Source: Haliotis rufescens (Eukaryota). Taken from it: 64,000 bases of DNA. This document shows, piece by piece, positions 52,291-64,000 of this stretch. The first letter of the stretch is position 1. Each line of letters opens with the position of its first letter. The translations under genes and the position numbers were made by a program. The stretch covers positions 50,716,001 to 50,780,000 of the forward strand of contig NW_025963779.1 of NCBI RefSeq assembly GCF_023055435.1, given 5' to 3'. The notes beneath the pieces are model-generated. The model did no database searches and was not told the DNA's origin. It saw nothing but the letters and a program-made list of their open reading frames with translations.

Positions 52291-55200
52291 CGTATACCAG
52301 TCAGACCAATTACAAATTATCACCCATCACAAATTATCATGTAATTGTGTCAGATTTGGGCTTTTTAAAATAGACAGAAAGCCGTTGTCAATATGTATTA
52401 TCAATCAAACACGAAATGTCATGAAATTTAGACAAAGCAGTTCTTACGATGAAATTGAAAGAAACACACATGGACAACTTTGCTGGAATATATCTATGTT
52501 CTTCACCTCTTTGTGTATATTGATGTTTACAGCCCACGGAACTCAAATAGTACTTGATACATGCAAATATGTTTGATATTAGGCAGTACTTGCAGTACTT
52601 TAGATAGCCAACAACATTCGCAACTGTCATCTGGAACATTCCAAAGACCAGTTTCAAAGTTGCAAACAGTCATGTAGTATTGTAAAATCCTTTTCCCTTG
52701 AGTAAACAGGTTGATTCAAGCTGACATAACAAAGAACGCTAATGTCGAAGAGTCTGATAAAATTCCATTCAATTTGACCTCATCTACCCTAGAGGAGTTG
52801 CAACCGCGAACAGCAAGGAAAAGTAGTTCCATCCTGGTTTGTGATCTGGCCTTGGGACTCCCAAAGGCTCTGGAAATGACGGATCGATGAGCGTTTGTTG
52901 TACTCTGGAGACGTATAGACGTCTTTAATGATAGGACTCGTTAGGTTTTCCCAAGATTGGAAAGCAATACGTTATGCCATACATCTAGGTGTGCCTCGTT
53001 ACTAGTGTATTACTCACATCAATCATCCGTGTCAGTTTTGGGACCAATAGGCCCAAACTTTTGGACTTACAGCTTTTCGTTTATAACCTAATTTCGTCAC
53101 AAAATGCATGAATGGTATCCCAAATGTGCACATACTGGACGAGGAATATCCCATAATGTGGATGTAATCTTTGCCATAATTGAAGCAATTTGTGCAGTTT
53201 ACCAAAAAGGCTTGGAATCGATGACAACTACTTTTGAGCGCTTTCACGTCGTTGCATGTTACCTCACAACAGAGCATGAGGTCTCCTGACAAAGTCTTAT
53301 TTTCTAGTGTTAGCAGGGCTAGTGGATGTTAATAGGGGTTTAACTGGAAATCGATCATACCCATTTATCACTGGGGTCACATTCAATAAACAACAAGAAG
53401 TTGAATGCCCTCGACTGAAACGTGATATTTCTATGGTATAGTGGACAGGTCAAAAGACGACTGTGTGAAGAAAACAAAATTGTCCAGTCATCTTCTAGTA
53501 AAGATGCATTTCTCTATAGTAGTTTAAATTCCAATGGGCCTTTCATATCTGCTACATGAGGATTTATCTCAAGTTAATGCTTGTTACGGTACAGTTGAAA
53601 CTGGTACACTTTAACGATATGAACAGCATACATTGCATAATGCTGTATTCCATACCCTTAGCGTAGCGTAACAAGAGAATCAAGCATTTGAGTCAGTTGC
53701 TGTATCTTTGTCATTGTTAAAAAATAAACATTCTTTTTATTCCCAGTGATTGCTTTGTATAAACTAATAAGTTTAACAGCAAATGTACATATCTCCGATG
53801 TGGTGAAGAGAACCATCATTAACTCGCAATAAACTGCCTCTGATCATGAATACATTTTCAAAGATGTCTGATGATCGCATTAACCAGTGCGTTGTTGGCT
53901 GGTGATCTGACGTCGATTTCCCCTGATATGTGCATCTATAATCCTAATAAAGTTACGATGGCCATGTATGAAGTTCCATATCCAAAGCGCGAGATAACGA
54001 ATTCACTGGTTTGTTCACTTGAACATACAGATAATCTCTCAAATATTTGATTTTATAATCCTTGGTCAAGCCCTCGTTGTCGTTTACCATTCGGTATGAG
54101 TCGAAATTCTTGGAGTAACCTTGAGGCATATTATCAAAGGAAATGCTGTTATAAAATGTGCCATGTTTATAGACGGGCCTGTGTGCTAGGCATAACGTGA
54201 AACCGACAAGATTATGATAATACCTCCTTCCCATTTTCGAGCATCTGTTGATCATAGTGCGCCAACAATCAGTTACATATTATATGCATCATTATCTCAC
54301 ATTATGTCATAACGGAACATTGTTGCATGTACTTTTGAAGAACACATGTGGATCATGTAGGGTTTGAGTTACCACACACAGGTACATGCCTGAGGTATCT
54401 TAACAAATTGATATCATTATCCATCTGTTAATGCCCACGTACCTGTTTTATCCAAGTTTAAAAAGAAATCATTAATATGAAAACGCATATCCAAAATGTT
54501 ACAATATTACAAAATTCCAATCTTAAAGGAACGTGTGACAACCAAACGTGAAATAAGTCATGTATTATGCCAATAACTGTCTCAAATGTACTTTCTATGA
54601 ATATACATGTAGCTGTCTAGTATGTATATGACTGCCCAATGTGGCAATGGATTATTGATGCTTCAATTATACTCTCCTCAAAACAAGTCATCAATAAATG
54701 ATGTTAACATAGACATTACAAAGATCATATATATTATGGAATAACCAACAAATCCGAAAACGATTATCATGCGATGCAAACGTGTCACTACAGTTATCCT
54801 TCATTAAAATATGCCAAGAAAGGTGAAGGCCCTCTTTAAAGCTAGCCTTCACATACATGTAGATGGTGCATGGTTGTCATGTTTTCACGATAGCTCTGGC
54901 TGCATATTGTGTGGCAGGCACAACCGGAACTATTTCTATCGACATAATTTATATATTCAGCTTGTTTTGTTTTAGCAGATCCTTACGAGTACACATAGGG
55001 ATGCATTTTACACGAGTCATGATCAAGAATTCTTCCAGGTAGAAAATGTGCTGAATTAATATTTCCTGTGTAGTGCTGATATTGTTCTCTCAAAAGTCCT
55101 GCATAGCATTTTCTGGCCCTTTAATGTGTATGTGCTGAGAAGATGGAGGCGAGTTTCATCATATGGCAGCGAAACAAGTGCAATTTGTAAAACTAGTCTG

Positions 55201-56309
55201 TATTTACCTGAACCGAACTTGATTGTCGTTCATATTAAAAAAAAGTGACTGGCTATGTTATTATGTTGATGTCAAATTCTGTCTGTGATTTCAGATTGGA
55301 ATGTGCTAGTATGCATTCTTTATCATTCGATAATCGTATACGTTACAGTGTTTCTGATGGCTTGTAGTTATAAATAAGGACCGACCGTGATATTTTCCAC
55401 GGTCGCGTGACCTTCCTGTCAAGCGTTGCATATGCTTGAAATAACATCCCGACACAGGAAACCAGGGATTTGTTGACTTATATTATACTTTTTTTGTTTC
55501 GACATAACCAGCTTAAAAAAGAAACACATAACTTGATTTGGTGTGAAAAGTAACATACAGGTTATGCAAATCACAACGGTTGCTGAGTGCAGACTTGTAT
55601 TTTAGAAATAGAGGTTGCTCTTCCCCATGTGCTCTTGAGTGTAATAAAACACAGGCTTGCCCTTGTACAGTTAAAGCACAAGGGTGCTTAGGTTAAACAA
55701 TCTTTGTTCATTTTCTAAGATGCCGAATTTAAGACGAATTTTTGTATTCCTTAAAATCAAATCTGTAATAAGTGGCGCAGAAAATTAAAATAATGCCTAC
55801 TGGCTGTTTTCCAACCTAACTGCCTTCACCCTTACGTTAGGGACAAGTTTTAAAGAAAATAATAATCAATAATATACACTCCAAGTGCATTGTGGCAACG
55901 AGTTGAGGTGTTTTCCGTCGTAAATGTTGGCACATATGTGTCCATTTTAGCAGACTGCAGCAAACTGCAAGCGATTAAATGGAGTGCTTTCCGAGCTGGA
56001 GGCACTATAAGATACTGTACACGTCAGTCGCAAATGGCGAGGTGATCTGACGTGAAATGGCGTCCCCGTGAGACGACGATGATGGTAGAAGAACAACAGC
56101 AGTCGTGTTGTTTGACTGCAGTAGGTCGCTAAATGTACTACGCTGAGCAAGAGAAGTTTTGGTTATGTAACTTTGCTCATTCCTATGGCTTATATCCATA
56201 CATAATTTCTAGGGCAGACTTTCTAGGGCACAAACACTCGCCTCAAACAAGTCGCTGATGTGATTTGGGTGTGTTTGAGATAATTCCGCGGCGTCAAATA
56301 CATCATCTT

Positions 56310-56830
56310 TTCAATGGACAAGGTGATAGTTTTGTTTGATGAGATGAGATGTTTTGTTAAACAAAACGTATCTCTCCTGAATATTTTTATTAAACAAAAC
56401 ATGCCATGACGGATTAACTGTAGAAATATTAAAGGATAGCATGATCCTTACTTTTCTTAGTAGTATGCATTGGCAATTAATGGTCTGACCTTTCGGGAGG
56501 TAGTCCACCGGTGGAATTCCCTTGCAATCCAAGAAACACCGAAGCCATGACCTTGCCGGCTCATGATAAACTTTGCCTTCTTTGGAATCGGAGGCGTTAA
56601 ATGTTTCCACGTATTGGGTTTTGTGGCAAACGCAGGATTCACCCAGGATTTTGAATCATCTTCGAGGAACTCTCTTTCCTCTTAGACTCCGGTGCCAACC
56701 ACTTAACAGTGGCTACGGATGTATCACCCGCACCATGTCGCATGGATGGGTGTTGGATTTGCCCTTTCAGATACACGAGTTGGAGATACTTGACCACAGC
56801 GCGGTAGCCAATTTTGTCCAATTTTCATGA
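56310..56830 (-). mobile_element. mariner transposase remnant
   Basis: MDKIGYRAVVKYL...VATVKW...KR (mariner N-terminal HTH) and FLDCKGIPPVDYLPKGQTIN. Confidence 0.88.
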
Positions 56831-57876
56831 ACAGAGAATACCCACTATCTGTGATGCCTGCTAAAATTTACTGCCTGATTATGTATTTTTGTTTCAAATG
56901 CAGGCTGTAGACACAGAACGTACTGTATTTAATACATGCAAATTCTTAAGTGTGTACTGTACATCTTTCCCAGTACGACTCAGAATTGTTTGCAACCTCG
57001 TATGTTGCCATTTATATTACTTTATATACGACAAAACTGTGGTGAGTGCTATAGTGCTAACCACTTTTCCCACTTTACTTACTCTGATCTTCATTTGACT
57101 TACTAGTACCCCAGGAAATGCTGACCAAAGGTTAATTTTCGTTCGGCGCCGGAAAAATAAGTGATAAGTTGTAGATGCCATGATAAAAGAAGAGAGATAT
57201 AATATGTATATGGAAATCCGAAGTGTGTCAGACAGTAAATCAATACAAACTCTTTGTCTAATTCTCCATTCTTCTCTGTGGATAGCGCAGTGTGGTTAAC
57301 TCCCATATCAAAACGAATGTGAACTAAGATTTGTGGACTAATTTAAAATTGAGTGTCTCTTTTAATAGAGTTGAATATCTCATGAATATTGTGAATGTTT
57401 TTTTGTACTGTTTTCTGTTTGTTTCGTACATCTTGTTTGCATTTTACATAGGCCAGAACACGAAATGAACGTCCAATTACGAAAGGTAAATCACTTAACA
57501 GATGTTCTGGAGTTTATTAATACATACATCCAGACATTTGGCCCACCCCCTGGACGGTAGATTTATTTATAGTCCGTATATCAGTGGCAATACTTTGAAA
57601 TAGCATTGGTGAAAAATGATCGGAAACAAAGATGCAGATGACTGATATAGAGAACCAATTTTATCCAATCGAGATTTTAGCAAATCTACCTTTCAGCAAC
57701 AGTGCTATATTCCAAGGCAATCTCATGATCATGAATATATCTCATAAATCAGACCATGATTTGTCTTTTCGAAGAACACAATGAGGACCTCTGGTGCCTC
57801 ATGTCGTCTCTTTTGCGACATAGTTATTTACATACATGTTTCACACACATGAAATATGCATCATTTAGACAGAATA

Positions 57877-58048
57877 GTGATGGAGTGAGTGAGTTTGGTT
57901 TTACGCCGCTTTTAGCAATATTCCAGCAATATCACAGCGGGAGACACCAGAAATGGGCTTCACACATTGTACCCATGTCGGGAATCGAACCCGGGTCTTC
58001 GGCGTGACGAGCGAACGCTTAAACCACTAGGCTACCCGACCGCCCCTG
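57877..58048 (-). mobile_element. Short tRNA-derived SINE with 11-bp TSD
   Basis: Head GGGGCGGTCGGGTAGCCTAGTGGTTTAAGCGTTCGCTCG...GGTTCGATTCCC, tail GCGGCGTAAAACCAAACTCACTCAC; TSD TAGACAGAATA at 57866-57876 and 58049-58059. Confidence 0.9.
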
Positions 58049-58524
58049 TAGACAGAATACATGCTTCCGTGAATTGATCATCAGTGGGTGCCAACATCTA
58101 GTTAAAGAAATATTCGTCAAGAAATAACAATTTCATGTGCTGCCTCTCTCCGTCTTGAAATGTACATAATTGTTTCACTTTGGCTGCTTTATGAAAACGT
58201 GAAAACAACCGTTTTGCCAATTGTTCATATACAGTTATGCATGTGAAGCACATGTGTTTTCTTCTAGAAGCACATGCATACATGATCTGAAGATCTGCTG
58301 AAACAGACGCTATACTGCGTACAAGGTAGAATAATAAATTATATGCATGGATCACTAACATAAAGTGATCACACCAGGTGTTCGCGAAAATGGTAAATAG
58401 AAGTGACAAAACTATTTCCGCAATCAAAAGAAATCAGTACAGACTCGGCCTTACGGTTCCGACTACATCATAAGCATGTGTTTATGAATCACTATTAATT
58501 TGCGATGATAAAAGGTGTTGAGAA

Positions 58525-59330
58525 AAGGTGAGCATATCCTGCTCCAACGGTGGCACCTGTCACGAACACGCGCAAAGGCAGGTCAATTATTCACCTAAAT
58601 AAATCACGGGCAAAACAGGGAATTGCATCTGACAGCACTTCGGTCACCAGTGAGTCAAATTTGGAAAACTCCTCCTTAAAATCTGTAACTGTCCTCAAAC
58701 AACGTTTACGCAAGAGTCGCATAACGCTCAAAGATATCTACATAGAAAGGGTATGCTTGATTGTACCTCGAAAGTTAATGTAGATACCATGGACTGTAGT
58801 TGTATTGCTCGACGTGCATGAATGGAAAGTTGAGTATTGAAAAGCCGAAGTTCTCCACAGTCTAGTGGATGCTTATTTTCAGTTAAACGTATGATGCGGT
58901 TGCAATTGTCACTTTTAGTTCTAGTTCACATGGGTAAATCAGAGCAAGGAAATTGGTCACGTGACCATTATTTTGAACGATATCTGATCATTGATATACC
59001 CGAAGCTTAAGATAATCTTCGCGTGTATTTATTGCGAGTTGAGCGAAGTTCTGATTGATATTAATAAAGCAACATATTAGCAAGGTAGGGAGAACACTTG
59101 GTGCCCAAAGGGATGTACTATTCCCAAATGTCGCATTTTATCTGCGATTGTTTTCTCAGTAAACGTAAGATGACATTTGCTTTCATGTTCGACAAAATAG
59201 ATTTTATAGTGATGTAAGTATAGATATTGTTCCAACGTTTTGTGATAAATGTCCCATAGATCGAGGATGGATTACATGTATTTTCTTTAGTTGGTCGTGT
59301 GGGATAGTGGTGTACAAAGTTGAAAACTCA
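58525..59330 (-). mobile_element. Penelope-like element RT remnant
   Basis: IPLGTKCSPYLANMLLY, IYPCELELK and FGFSILNFPFM motifs; insertion absent from the paralogous site in copy C (~48150). Confidence 0.85.
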
Positions 59331-59749
59331 ACTTTTTTTCAAAGAATTGAACTTCCTTCTTTTCCGAGATTGCAAACTTTCAAGCAAATCCTTTGTATTT
59401 TTTAGGCTTCACATGGTATCAATTCCACTTGTCTCGAATACTGTCCTTGGTCGCATAAAGAATTATGGTTAATCTTTGAGACAGGGATCTGAATTGCACG
59501 TGTCCTGAACTATATTATGTATCTCTCCTTGTTCGGATTTTTATTGAGCTTAGGAAGCCAGTACAAAAGAGGAACGAACATGCAAGTCCTTTAAACAATA
59601 CCTGCTTTATCGGTCACACCCACAACTCACACGTGAAATCTCCCTGTAAAGAAGATAGCATCGAGCATCGTGTTGACAAACGATGTCATATTTAATATTT
59701 AATTCCTCTGAACGTCTGCCATATTTTATCTGGAATGACTGAACATGGC

Positions 59750-59895
59750 TTTGACGGTAAAACCTTGGTTAGTTGTAATCTGGAGATGATGGTATATTGT
59801 TCTATATGTAAGGGACATTGACGGTTGGGAAATCGAAATCATCACTTTTGTCAAACATCTTGGTACAGAGGTTGCAATCATTTGGATTTCTTTGT
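59750..59895 (-). mobile_element. Penelope-like RT C-terminal fragment (copy D paralogue)
   Basis: Aligns to 49000-49150. Confidence 0.75.
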
Positions 59896-62554
59896 ACAGA
59901 TTCGGGAACAGATTATCTGGAACATTCCAAAGACCGGTTTCAATGTTGCAAACCTTCATGTAGTGTTGTAAAATCCTTTTCTCTTGAGTAAACAGGCTGA
60001 CTCAAGCTGACATAACAAAGAACGCTAATGCCGAAGAACCTGTTAATATTCCATTCAATTTGACCTCATCTACCCTCGAGGAGTTGCAACCGCGAACAGC
60101 AAGGAAAAGTAGTTCCATCCTGGTTTGTGATCTGGCCTTGGACCTCCCAAGGACACGGGAAATGGCGGATCGATCAGCGTTTGTTGTACTCTGGAGACGT
60201 ATAGACGTCTTTAATGATAGGACTAGTTAGGTTTTCCCAAGATTGGAAAGCAATACGAAATGTCATACATCTAGGTGTGCCTCGTTACTAGTGTATTACT
60301 CACATCAATCATCTGTGTCAGTTTTGGGACCAATAGGCCCAAACTTTTGGACTTGCAGCTTTACGTTTATAACCTAATTTCGTCACAAAATGCGTAAAAG
60401 GTATTCCAAATGTGCACAGAGTGGAAGATGAATATCCCAAAATGTGGATGTAATCTTTGCCATAATTGAAGCAATTTGTGCAGTTTACCAAAAAGGCTTG
60501 GAATCGATGACAACTACTTTTGAGCGCTTTCACGTCGTTGCATGTTACCTCACAACAGAGCATGAGGTCTTCAGACTTAGTCTTATTTTCTAGTGTTAAC
60601 AGGGCTGGTGGATGTTAATAGGGGTTTAACTGGAAATCGATCATACCCATTTATCACTGGGATCACATTCAATAAACAACAAGAAGTTGAATGCCCTCGA
60701 CTGAAACGTGATATTTCTATGGTATAGTGAACGGGTCATACGATGTGTTAAGAAAACAAAATTGTCCAGTCATCTTCTTGTAACGATGCATTTCTCTATG
60801 GTAGTTTAAATTCCAATGGACCTAGTATTTTTGAACGTACCAATTGAGGATTTGTGTAAAGTTAATGCTTTTTCCGGTAAAATTGAACCTAGAACACTGG
60901 TGTCATGACATGCATTACATAAATGCTGCATTCCATACCTTTAGCGTAAAGAAAAGAAGCAAGTATTTACTCTGACAAGAAGAAAATAGGTGCATCCAAT
61001 GTATCTTTTAACACTTGCCAGTGATTGCTTTGTATGAACAGTTTAATCCTAATAAAGTTACGATGGCCATGTATAAATTTCCATGTCACTAGCGCGAGAT
61101 AACACATTCTCTGGTTTGTTCACTTAGAAATAAAGACATTCTCTTAAACGTTACATTTGATAATCCTTTGTCAAGCCCTCATTATGGTTTAACATTAGCA
61201 ACGTTGCATGACATCTTTGATTAGTGTATATTACTGGAATACATGTTGCTTAACAATCGCTTCTATAAACAGTTTACGAATTCAGGAAAAGTTCACCAAT
61301 GATTGATAAATGCTTTGAAATGTACAAACAAAAACCTGACGGTGATAATTCAATATTACCTATAGCGGCACGGCTATCGGTGAATTATGTTCTCTCAGTT
61401 CGTCACTGCACGGGCTATCTATGCGTGTATATATCATTAAAAATAAAGCTATCTGCTATTCATCCCGCCACAGAAGCGTCCATGTGATATCATTCCAAAA
61501 TTATATTGACTTGTCATTTTCTTGTCGGTGACTATGAATATCAAATAGGATATAATTGTAGCTGTACGGGTCGGTGTTTACAAAATTCTAATAATTCAAA
61601 TAACCCGTTATTCCTCGCATCACGTCTTAATCCCCATTGTATTTTGTATACGAATATATAATGTTTTTAATATCAATCAAGAGCTAAGAATCTATCATAT
61701 AGGACACTAGCATGAGACTGTCATGGTGACATGCACATATCATGAGCACCAGTCTATTCTGTCGGGGTAAATTGTCACACCATTATTCAGGTCGAATATT
61801 GATCCTCATTTCACTTGGGTTCAGTGACATGCATGGGGACCTGGAGACTCAAATTCAAAGTTGTGCAGATCAGATCAAAGATTGTGCCCAATGTTTACAG
61901 CATTACTATCAACATTGACTATGAAATCATGATGGAAACTCTTCTCCAATAGGTCCGACTAAACCCATTTTCTCTCACATGCAGCACACTTGAAAGAATC
62001 TAGATTTGACATTTGTCGAGATTATTGGAGTATCCTCGATATTTTGATAATACTTCCTGTTGCAGACAGGGCAAGTCCCTTTTACATCTGTATCTGTAGA
62101 TCATGGTGCGCCTACGATCAGTTATATATCATATGCATCATTATCTCACATTCTGTCACAACGGAACATTGTTGCGTATACATTTGAAGAACACATTAGG
62201 ATCAAGTATGATCAGATCTACCATATACATGTATGTGATTGATGTAACTTAACAAAATGATATGTCCACGTCCCTAAAACATCCCAGGTTAACCATAAAT
62301 GATTAACATAACAATGCACATCCAAATTACAATATTATAACATGGAATTATTTTCATAGACAGAATTTATTCAGCTTTCTTTGTATTAGCACATCCTTAC
62401 GACCACAAACATGGATGCATGTTGCACTGGTTAAGATTTCGTTCAGGTAGACCTCCTGCTGAATTACTATTTCCTGTGTGGTGTTGATGTTGTTCGATGA
62501 AACATTGGCCATTTCATTTGTAGGTACTGAAAAGCTGACGACTACTCACATTAT

Positions 62555-62817
62555 CAAATGTCGCGTTGACGCGCATTTTAACGCCTTTTTTACACATTTT
62601 TGATAGGGCGACAATGCGACAACGCGATATATTTTTACCTTGAAAAATGTCACATTGTCGCGCTTTGATAAAATAAAAAAGATTACTCAAAGCGCGACAG
62701 TGCGACAATGCGACAAATGGCTAAAATGTCCCGTTGTCGCAATGTCGCGCTTTGGTTAATTTTGACACATTTTGCTTGTTTTTTGAAGGGCGACAATGTC
62801 CCTTGTAGTATTCCATA
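62555..62817. repeat. Fragment of a repeat built from GCGACAAT/ATTGTCGC motifs (probable DNA-transposon/MITE end)
   Basis: Multiple GCGACA motifs in both orientations; terminates copy D homology. Confidence 0.5.
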
Positions 62818-63051
62818 GGCTTTGCCGTCCTGAAAGACAAAACTGAAAGACAAAACATAGACCCACACGCCCTGCAACCATAACCGTTCAACCGTCAAAT
62901 CTGTCATGAGGTCTTAGGTTGACATTGGCTCGACGTTTATTTCAACGGCGCCAGACACGACCACGCCTATGAAGGAAGTGTAAAGTGATTAGGGGCTCAT
63001 CTGAAAGCATGACCCGTGACCAGCGAGAATTACCTGAGTTTCGACAAATAA

Positions 63052-63186
63052 GAGGGACATAGAAGGGACATAATTCGTAATGGTCACTGGTGGCACTACG
63101 ATCGAGCCCAGAAATTCTTAGCCTTGTTCGGCAAGAGTGGAAACTGGACTTATTCAGTCAGTTAATGCCCCTGCCTCGGGAAGATG
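63052..63186 (+). mobile_element. Right end of the 31990-32526 inverted-repeat element family
   Basis: GATCGAGCC...GTTCGGCAAG...GGAAACT...CCTCGGGAAGATG aligns to 32394-32526. Confidence 0.75.
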
Positions 63187-64000
63187 ACTCCTACTAGAAA
63201 CTAATATCTTTTACAAATTTGGAAATTCTGACTTATTACTTTTGTCGTTGACCTGGAACGTCCCGAGTCGATCATCAACATTTTGTGTTTGTTGGTACCT
63301 GTTCAATAGTCCGCTAATCACAGACTGTGAAACATTAAACGTATTGACCACTGCACGCTGACTTCTGTCAGTTTCCAGCATGCCAATAGCAGACGCCGCA
63401 TCGCTAGTTCAAACACAAACAATGAATTGAATCAAATACATCACAACTGTATGATAAGCAGAATCAATAAGATTGACGGAAATAATGGTCCACTATCGAC
63501 CTTCCTCGAAACTGTAAAAAGCAGGAATGGCACCCTACACACGTATTTGACACTACTGTGTGAGGCACGTGGAAACTATAGGGTGTGTTTTGGGGTTAGT
63601 TTTACAAACATAAAACGTTCTTTTCGTCAACAATTGTCTAAGTTCTAATACTTTGTATTGACAATTATATTTCATGATTCCCTATTTTGTTAAGTGCATT
63701 TAATCATTCATTGAACTTATGTAGTTATTATGTACTGATTTTACAACTTAGTTATGTGCGCACTGATTCTGGGTTAACCTCTGCATTTTGATTTATAAAC
63801 GACCTCGTAACAATAATGCATTGGTTATTAATGTTGGAGAATTGCAATCTAACGTTAAAGGACACTACCGCAGTTATTTTAGTAAATATACATGACAATT
63901 AACATGAGCATGTATCTCCATGTATCATGTGTGTCTCTCAGTGTCGAGCTGACAAATTTTAGATTTGGTCACATCTCGACATAGCTTTTGTCGCTTTTAC

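Larger units (their letters stand above)
38225..55400. repeat. Large degenerate tandem unit, copy C
   Basis: Collinear with A and B at the anchors listed for those copies. Confidence 0.9.
56255..62550. repeat. Partial tandem unit, copy D (duplicate of the distal half of C)
   Basis: 56255-59510~46500-48330; 59725-59900~48965-49145; 59915-61130~52625-54020; 61830-62550~33810-35010. Confidence 0.9.

Noticed and set aside
53104-53135. MHEWYPKC resembling nidovirus RdRp GWDYPKCD
   Set aside because: The catalytic Asp residues are absent, the W is not conserved in the other copies, and no downstream SG/SDD motifs were seen.
53360-53480. Possible terminal exon after the TTCTTCACACAG acceptor (minus strand; ...RNITFQSRAFNFLLFIECDPSDKWV*)
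   Set aside because: The acceptor is mutated in A and deleted in D, the phase differs between B and C, and no upstream exons were found.

Overview
AT-rich eukaryotic (metazoan) DNA. The SINE, Penelope, Helentron and Crypton repertoire suggests a mollusc, possibly an abalone-like gastropod; this is inference from recalled repeat sequences. I find no intact protein-coding gene, rRNA, tRNA or CRISPR array, and most track ORFs are fragments or antisense shadows. The window is a head-to-tail array of one long degenerate unit: copy A (<60 to ~15.4 kb), B (~16.8-35.2 kb), C (~38.2-55.4 kb) and a partial copy D (~56.3-62.5 kb). Each copy is interrupted by different transposon insertions: tRNA-SINEs, LINE RT and Penelope RT fragments, Tc1/mariner remnants, MITEs, a Helentron-type element and a Crypton tyrosine-recombinase element. 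Hand alignments between copies show codon-structured divergence at two widely spaced blocks and protein-like readings at several more. The unit therefore looks like a fossil, intron-poor coding region of >10 kb whose products I cannot assign. Candidates are an ancient endogenous virus, a large mobile element, or a dead giant-exon gene cluster. The clearest discrete discovery is a spliced but internally deleted Crypton with a 168-bp terminal hairpin whose arm recurs inside its own intron. All coordinates come from manual reading, and the boundaries of degraded elements are approximate.
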